The position numbers and the translations under genes were made by a program. This document shows, in pieces, positions 24,835 through 28,869 of a stretch of DNA of 28,869 nucleotides; within the stretch, counting starts at the first letter, position 1, and every line of letters begins with the position of its first letter. This DNA is from Candidatus Eiseniibacteriota bacterium (lineage in GTDB: Bacteria > Eisenbacteria > RBG-16-71-46 > DASYSL01): positions 1 through 28,869 of the forward strand of contig JANPEF010000159.1 of the NCBI GenBank assembly GCA_031431875.1. The letters are read 5' to 3'. A model generated the notes under the pieces. That model saw nothing but the letters and a program-made list of their open reading frames with translations, made no database searches and was not told the origin of the DNA.

Positions 24835-26457
24835 CTAGCCCCGCCCGACCCCGAGCCGGCGCAGCAACCCGCCGCACGCAGCCTCCAGTTCGGGCAGCTC
24901 GGCGACGCGCGTCACGCGGTAGAGCGCCCACGTGATCCCGAGCCCGATCACCATGCCGCCGCCCACGACGGCGGCCGCACCCGCGAAGCTCTCCCGCCAC
25001 GACGCCTCGGTCAGGCCGACGAGCCCGCGCACGGCCAGCGCCATCGCCGCCGAGGGCAGCGCGGTGCGCGTGAGCGTCGAGACGAGCGCGCGACCCTCGA
25101 ACCGCCCGAGTCGGCGCCGCAACGCCCAGGACAGCTGCCCGAAGTTGAACAGCATCGTGAGCGACGTCGACAGCGCGAGACCAACGTGGCCGAGCGGTCC
25201 CATCAGGAGCAGGTTGCCGCCCAGGTTCACCGCCACCGAGAGGAAGCTGGCGCGCACCGGCGTCTTCGTGTCGCCCAGCGCGTAGAACGCCGGCACCAGG
25301 ATCTTGACCGCGGCGTAGGCGCACAGCCCCACGCAGTACGCCGCCAGCGCAGCCGCCGTGCGATCGGTGTCGGCCGCGTTGAAGCGCCCGCGCTCGTAGA
25401 GCAGGCGCACCAGCGGCCCGGCCAGCGCCCACAGCCCGAACGTGGCCGGCAGCGTGAGCGCGAACACCAGGCGCACCGCACCGGCCAGCGTGGCTCGCAA
25501 TCCGCGCATGTCCCCCGCCACGGCGTGGCGCGAGACCGCGGGCAGCGACACGGTGGCGAGCGCGACGCCGAACACGCCGATCGGCAGCTGCATCAGGCGG
25601 AACGCGTACGCCAGCCACGACACCGAGCCCTCGACCAGCGTCGAGGCGAGGATCGTGTTGACGAACAGGTTGAGCTGCGTGGCCGCGAGGCCGATGGTCG
25701 CCGGCACCATGAGTGTGGCGATGCGCTTGACGCCGGGGTCGGTGAGGACGGGCGGCCAGGCGGGACGGAAGCCCATCGCCCACAGCGTGGGCAGCTGCAC
25801 CGCGAACTGCAGGAAGCCGCCCAGCAGCACCCCGAACGCCATGGCGAGGATCGGCGGCCGCCCCGCCGCCTGGAACACGGGGATGAGCGCCAGGCCGCCG
25901 ACGATCATGCCGACGTTGAGGAACACCGGCGCGAGCGCGGGCACGGTGAACTTCCGCACGGCGTTCAGCATGCCCATCACCGCGGCGGCGAGCGCGACGA
26001 AGAGCAGGAACGGCAGCATGATCCGCGACAGCTCGATGGTGAGCTCGAGCTTTCCCGGCTCGTCAGCGAAACCGGGCGCGAGCAATGGAACCAGCCACGG
26101 CGTGATGAACCAGCCCACCACGGTGAGCAGCGCCAGCGAGATCGCCAGCGCGTTCAGGACCTGCGCGCCCAGCCGCCAGGCGCGCTCGCGCCCCTGGCGG
26201 TGATCGGCCTCGGTGAACGTGGGAACGAACGCGGCCGACAGCGCTCCCTCGGCGAACAGGTCGCGCAGCAGGTTTGGCACGCGGAACGCGACGTTGAATG
26301 CGTCGGTCTGCATCCCGGCGCCGAACCAGGCGGCCATCACCTGCTCGCGCGCGAGCCCCAGCAGGCGCGACGCCATGGTGGCGAGCGACACCTTTCCCGC
26401 CGCCGCGGCGACGCGCGTTGACCCGACTTCGTCGTTTCGGTTAGCGTGCGACGTCAT
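24835..26457 (-). CDS. murJ: Lipid II flippase MurJ (MviN)
   Basis: 'SRLLGLARE', 'DAFNVAFRVPNLLRDLFAEGALSAAFVP', 'YAFRLMQLPIGVFG', 'FYALGDTKTP'. ATG 26457 is the nearest in-frame start that keeps the whole first helix. The track's 26478 is an alternative. Confidence 0.95.
   Translation of the reverse strand: MTSHANRNDEVGSTRVAAAAGKVSLATMASRLLGLAREQVMAAWFGAGMQTDAFNVAFRVPNLLRDLFAEGALSAAFVPTFTEADHRQGRERAWRLGAQVLNALAISLALLTVVGWFITPWLVPLLAPGFADEPGKLELTIELSRIMLPFLLFVALAAAVMGMLNAVRKFTVPALAPVFLNVGMIVGGLALIPVFQAAGRPPILAMAFGVLLGGFLQFAVQLPTLWAMGFRPAWPPVLTDPGVKRIATLMVPATIGLAATQLNLFVNTILASTLVEGSVSWLAYAFRLMQLPIGVFGVALATVSLPAVSRHAVAGDMRGLRATLAGAVRLVFALTLPATFGLWALAGPLVRLLYERGRFNAADTDRTAAALAAYCVGLCAYAAVKILVPAFYALGDTKTPVRASFLSVAVNLGGNLLLMGPLGHVGLALSTSLTMLFNFGQLSWALRRRLGRFEGRALVSTLTRTALPSAAMALAVRGLVGLTEASWRESFAGAAAVVGGGMVIGLGITWALYRVTRVAELPELEAACGGLLRRLGVGRG
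26418..26447 (+). promoter_or_regulatory. Putative sigma70-type promoter for uppP, located inside the murJ coding sequence
   Basis: TTGACC(26418-26423)-N18-TAGCGT(26442-26447)-N8-ATG(26456). No SD, and the patch is locally AT-enriched. Confidence 0.55.
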
Positions 26458-27253
26458 GACTCCCTGGCAAGCGGCCATCCTGGGTCTGATCCAGGGGCTC
26501 TCCGAGTTTCTCCCGATTTCGTCGTCCGCGCACCTCGCGCTCGCTCACTGGCTGACGGGCTGGGGCGATCCCGCGACCGACCTGCCCTTCGACGTCGCGC
26601 TCCATCTCGGCACGCTCGTCGCCGTGCTCGCCTACTTCCGCCGCGACTGGCTCGAACTCATTCACGGCTCGTTGGCAGGGCTTGCCACGCGCCGCGTCAC
26701 GCCCGAGCTGAGGCGCGTCGGCATCCTCGTGATCGCAACCCTTCCCGCGGTCGTGGCCGGCCTCCTGTGGCGCGATCGCTTCGCCGCGATGCATGACTGG
26801 CCGCCGCTGATGGCCGCCACGCTCGCCGGCGTCGGTCTCCTGCTCTACGCGCTCGACCGCCGCACCCAGGGCACGGGCACCGAGCCCGGCGCGGGCGCGG
26901 GCCTGCTCATCGGCATCGCCCAGGCGACCGCGCTCGTCCCCGGCGTCTCGCGCTCGGGAATCACCATGGCGGCCGGGCTCGGCCTGGGCCTCACGCGCGC
27001 GGCGGCGGCGCGCTTCTCGTTCCTGCTCTCCACACCCGCCATCCTCGGCGCGGCGGTGCTCAACGCGAAGGACATCGCCGGCGGCGACCCGGTCGTGCTC
27101 GGCGCGGGCCTCGTCACGGCCGCCATCGCGGGCTACTTCGCGATCGGCTTCCTGCTGCGGCATCTCAACCGCGCGGGATTTCTCCCCTACGCGGTGTACC
27201 GGATCCTCCTCGCCGCCGGCGTGCTCGTCGCCTGGTTCATCCGCCCTTCCTGA
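26456..27253 (+). CDS. uppP: Undecaprenyl-diphosphate phosphatase UppP/BacA
   Basis: 'MTPWQAAILGLIQGLSEFLPISSSAHL', 'FDVALHLGT', 'IGIAQ..ALVPGVSRSGIT', 'AARFSFLLSTP', 'YRI'. Confidence 0.95.
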   Translation: MTPWQAAILGLIQGLSEFLPISSSAHLALAHWLTGWGDPATDLPFDVALHLGTLVAVLAYFRRDWLELIHGSLAGLATRRVTPELRRVGILVIATLPAVVAGLLWRDRFAAMHDWPPLMAATLAGVGLLLYALDRRTQGTGTEPGAGAGLLIGIAQATALVPGVSRSGITMAAGLGLGLTRAAAARFSFLLSTPAILGAAVLNAKDIAGGDPVVLGAGLVTAAIAGYFAIGFLLRHLNRAGFLPYAVYRILLAAGVLVAWFIRPS

Positions 27254-27842
27254 CCTGATCCCCGAAGTGGTGGTCGAGCCGGTCGCGCAGGAACAGGCGC
27301 GCCCGGTGGACCCGCGCCTTGAACGCCGGCACGGAGAGCTCGAGCGCGGCGGCCGCTTCGGCATTGCCCAGTTCCTCGACGTCGCGCAGCAGGAACGCCG
27401 CGCGCTGCTCGGGCGGCAGCGCAGCGATCGCCGCGTCCATCGCCGCACGGGTCTCGCCAGCGGACAGCGCCTGCTCGGGCGTGGGGCCCCAGTCCACGAG
27501 TTCGCGCGCCGGCGCGGGCTCGTCGGCCGACGCGTCGAGTGGCGCATCGAGCGAGACGACGTCGGGCCGGCGCTTGCGGAGGCGCATGAGCACGGCGTTG
27601 GTGGCGATGCGGTAGATCCACGTGGAGAACGTGGAGTGGCCCGCGAACTTCGGCAGCGCCCGCCAGGCCGAGAGGAAGGCCTCCTGCAGCACGTCCTCGG
27701 CCTCGTCGTCACCGACGATGCGGCGCACCAGGCGGTAGATTCGCGCCTCGTAGCGGCGGACAAGGATGCCGAACGCGTCGCCATCGCCCGCCTGCGCACG
27801 GGTCACCAGGGCTGCGTCGTCCTCGCCGTCCACTCCGCTCAT
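27237..27842 (-). CDS. ECF RNA polymerase sigma factor (sigma-70 group 4)
   Basis: Region 2 'DAALV.RAQ.GD..AFG.LV.RY...EAEDVLQEAFL.AWR.L..F...STFSTWIYRIATN' and region 4 'LPPEQRAAFLLRDVEEL...E.A..L......KARVHRAR'. SD GGAGG. Confidence 0.93.
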   Translation of the reverse strand: MSGVDGEDDAALVTRAQAGDGDAFGILVRRYEARIYRLVRRIVGDDEAEDVLQEAFLSAWRALPKFAGHSTFSTWIYRIATNAVLMRLRKRRPDVVSLDAPLDASADEPAPARELVDWGPTPEQALSAGETRAAMDAAIAALPPEQRAAFLLRDVEELGNAEAAAALELSVPAFKARVHRARLFLRDRLDHHFGDQVRKGG

Positions 27843-27875
27843 CGACCCTCCCCGCGCCGGGTTGCGCGAGGGGCG

Positions 27876-27904
27876 AGCCTACGACACGCCCCGCGAGCGG
27901 TCAA
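27876..27904 (-). promoter_or_regulatory. Putative sigma70-type promoter for the ECF sigma gene
   Basis: Minus strand TTGACC(27904-27899)-N17-TAGGCT(27881-27876). The -35 overlaps the amidohydrolase TGA. Confidence 0.6.
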
Positions 27905-28869
27905 ACAGCTCCATCTCTCCGCGCGAAAGCGCGGACGCCGTTGACGTAGGTCTCGTCCACTCGCGCATCCGCAAGACGCTCCACCGGCACTTCCCACGGA
28001 TCGTCCTCCCACACCACGAAGTCGGCAAGGAACCCCGGCGCGATCATCCCCACGCGATCCTCGACGCGCGCAGCAAACGCACCGCCGCGCGTCGCGGCCG
28101 CGAACGCCTGGTCGAGCGTCAGCGCGCGCGCCGGTGTCTCGCCGCGCGCGTGCGCGTCGGGATCGCCGCCGAGCACCGCCGCAGCCAGCGCGGCCCGCGG
28201 ATCGCAGGGCTCGATCGGCGCGTCCGAGCCGAAGGCGAGCGAGGCCCCTGCCGCGAGCAGTTGCCGCCACGCGTACCCTCCAAGCGCGTCGCGCTCGCCC
28301 CAGCGCTGGCGTGCCAGCGGGCGATCGCCCGTGCAGTGCGCCGGCTGCATCGAGGCGATCACTCCCAGTGCGGCGAACCGCGGCAGGTCCTCGCCGTCGA
28401 CCAGCTGCGCGTGCTCGATGCGCGGCCGCAACCGCGAACGCTCCGCCGCGGGCCATGCCGCGAAGGCGTCGAGCGCGGCGCGCACCGCCGCGTCCCCGAT
28501 CGCATGGAGCGCCAGCGACCAGCCGCGCGCCCGTGCCGTGGCGCCGAGCGCGGCGATCCCCGCCGCATCGAGCGTGGCGTAGCCCGCGCCCGAGCCGTCG
28601 TCGGCCGGCGCGAGCAGATGCGCCGTGGCCGCGCCGAGCGTGCCGTCGAGGAAGCCCTTGAGCGCGAAGGGAAACAGGTGGTCGTCGGCAGCGGCCAACT
28701 CGGCCTCGAGCGGAACTGTTGCAGCGGGATCGTCCCCGGCGCGTCCCCCACCGAGTGCGCCCGTCATGAAGCCCACCGCGACGCGCACCGGCAGCCGGCC
28801 CGTGTCGCGCAGGCCGCGCAGCAGCTCCCACCCCGCAATCGTCTCGAAGCCGTGGACGAACGTCGCGCC
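27901..28869 (-). CDS. Metal-dependent amidohydrolase (YtcJ/Amidohydro_3-like), 3' part only
   Basis: Open frame runs to the window edge. 'KGFLDGTLG..TA', 'HAIGDAA', 'RIEHAQ', 'ASMQP.H', 'FGSDAP', 'G.I.PG..ADFVV'. Confidence 0.88.
   Translation of the reverse strand, partial: GATFVHGFETIAGWELLRGLRDTGRLPVRVAVGFMTGALGGGRAGDDPAATVPLEAELAAADDHLFPFALKGFLDGTLGAATAHLLAPADDGSGAGYATLDAAGIAALGATARARGWSLALHAIGDAAVRAALDAFAAWPAAERSRLRPRIEHAQLVDGEDLPRFAALGVIASMQPAHCTGDRPLARQRWGERDALGGYAWRQLLAAGASLAFGSDAPIEPCDPRAALAAAVLGGDPDAHARGETPARALTLDQAFAAATRGGAFAARVEDRVGMIAPGFLADFVVWEDDPWEVPVERLADARVDETYVNGVRAFARRDGAV

Noticed and set aside
24825..24837. TAGGC-TCC-GCCTA inverted repeat joining the antiporter and murJ stop codons
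   Set aside because: A 5-bp stem with no U-tract is too weak to call a bidirectional terminator.
1..28869. Search for tRNA/rRNA, CRISPR arrays, IS/integrase/phage genes, defence systems and frameshifted pseudogenes
   Set aside because: None seen. Nearly all bases are accounted for by intact CDSs, and the intergenic gaps (all under about 220 bp) show no such structures.

Overview
A very GC-rich (about 70-75% by eye), extremely gene-dense bacterial chromosomal segment. I found no tRNA/rRNA, CRISPR array, integrase/transposase or phage genes. Left to right: 5' part of a DUF1015 gene (-); DinB-family and Uup/ABC-F genes (+); a typA/bipA-led operon (alpha/beta hydrolase, nitrilase-family, RimJ/RimL GNAT, YaeQ) (-); a DUF2231-fdhD-M24 peptidase-GT-C glycosyltransferase run (+); and a lipoprotein (-). 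Next is an 11.2-kb, 10-gene minus-strand unit with no intergenic bases: CMD/AhpD-like, bshC, bshB1, bshA, DUF1611/DgcN-like, DgcA/AEE-like epimerase, orphan histidine kinase, AI-2E transporter, rsgA, threonine synthase. It is followed by a Ca2+/cation antiporter (+), murJ (-) and uppP (+) whose probable start codons overlap in one CATG, an ECF sigma factor (-), and the 3' part of a YtcJ-like amidohydrolase (-). Most interesting: (1) a complete bacillithiol cassette with a divergent BshC, translationally coupled to a CMD-like protein and a DgcN/DgcA-like pair; (2) unusual promoter architecture, namely one palindromic -35 shared by two divergent promoters, four apparently leaderless genes, zero-gap divergent murJ/uppP, and an 11-bp tandem repeat over a promoter and start codon. 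All product calls come from motif recognition by eye, not database searches. Most long ORFs in the supplied track are GC-driven shadow frames.
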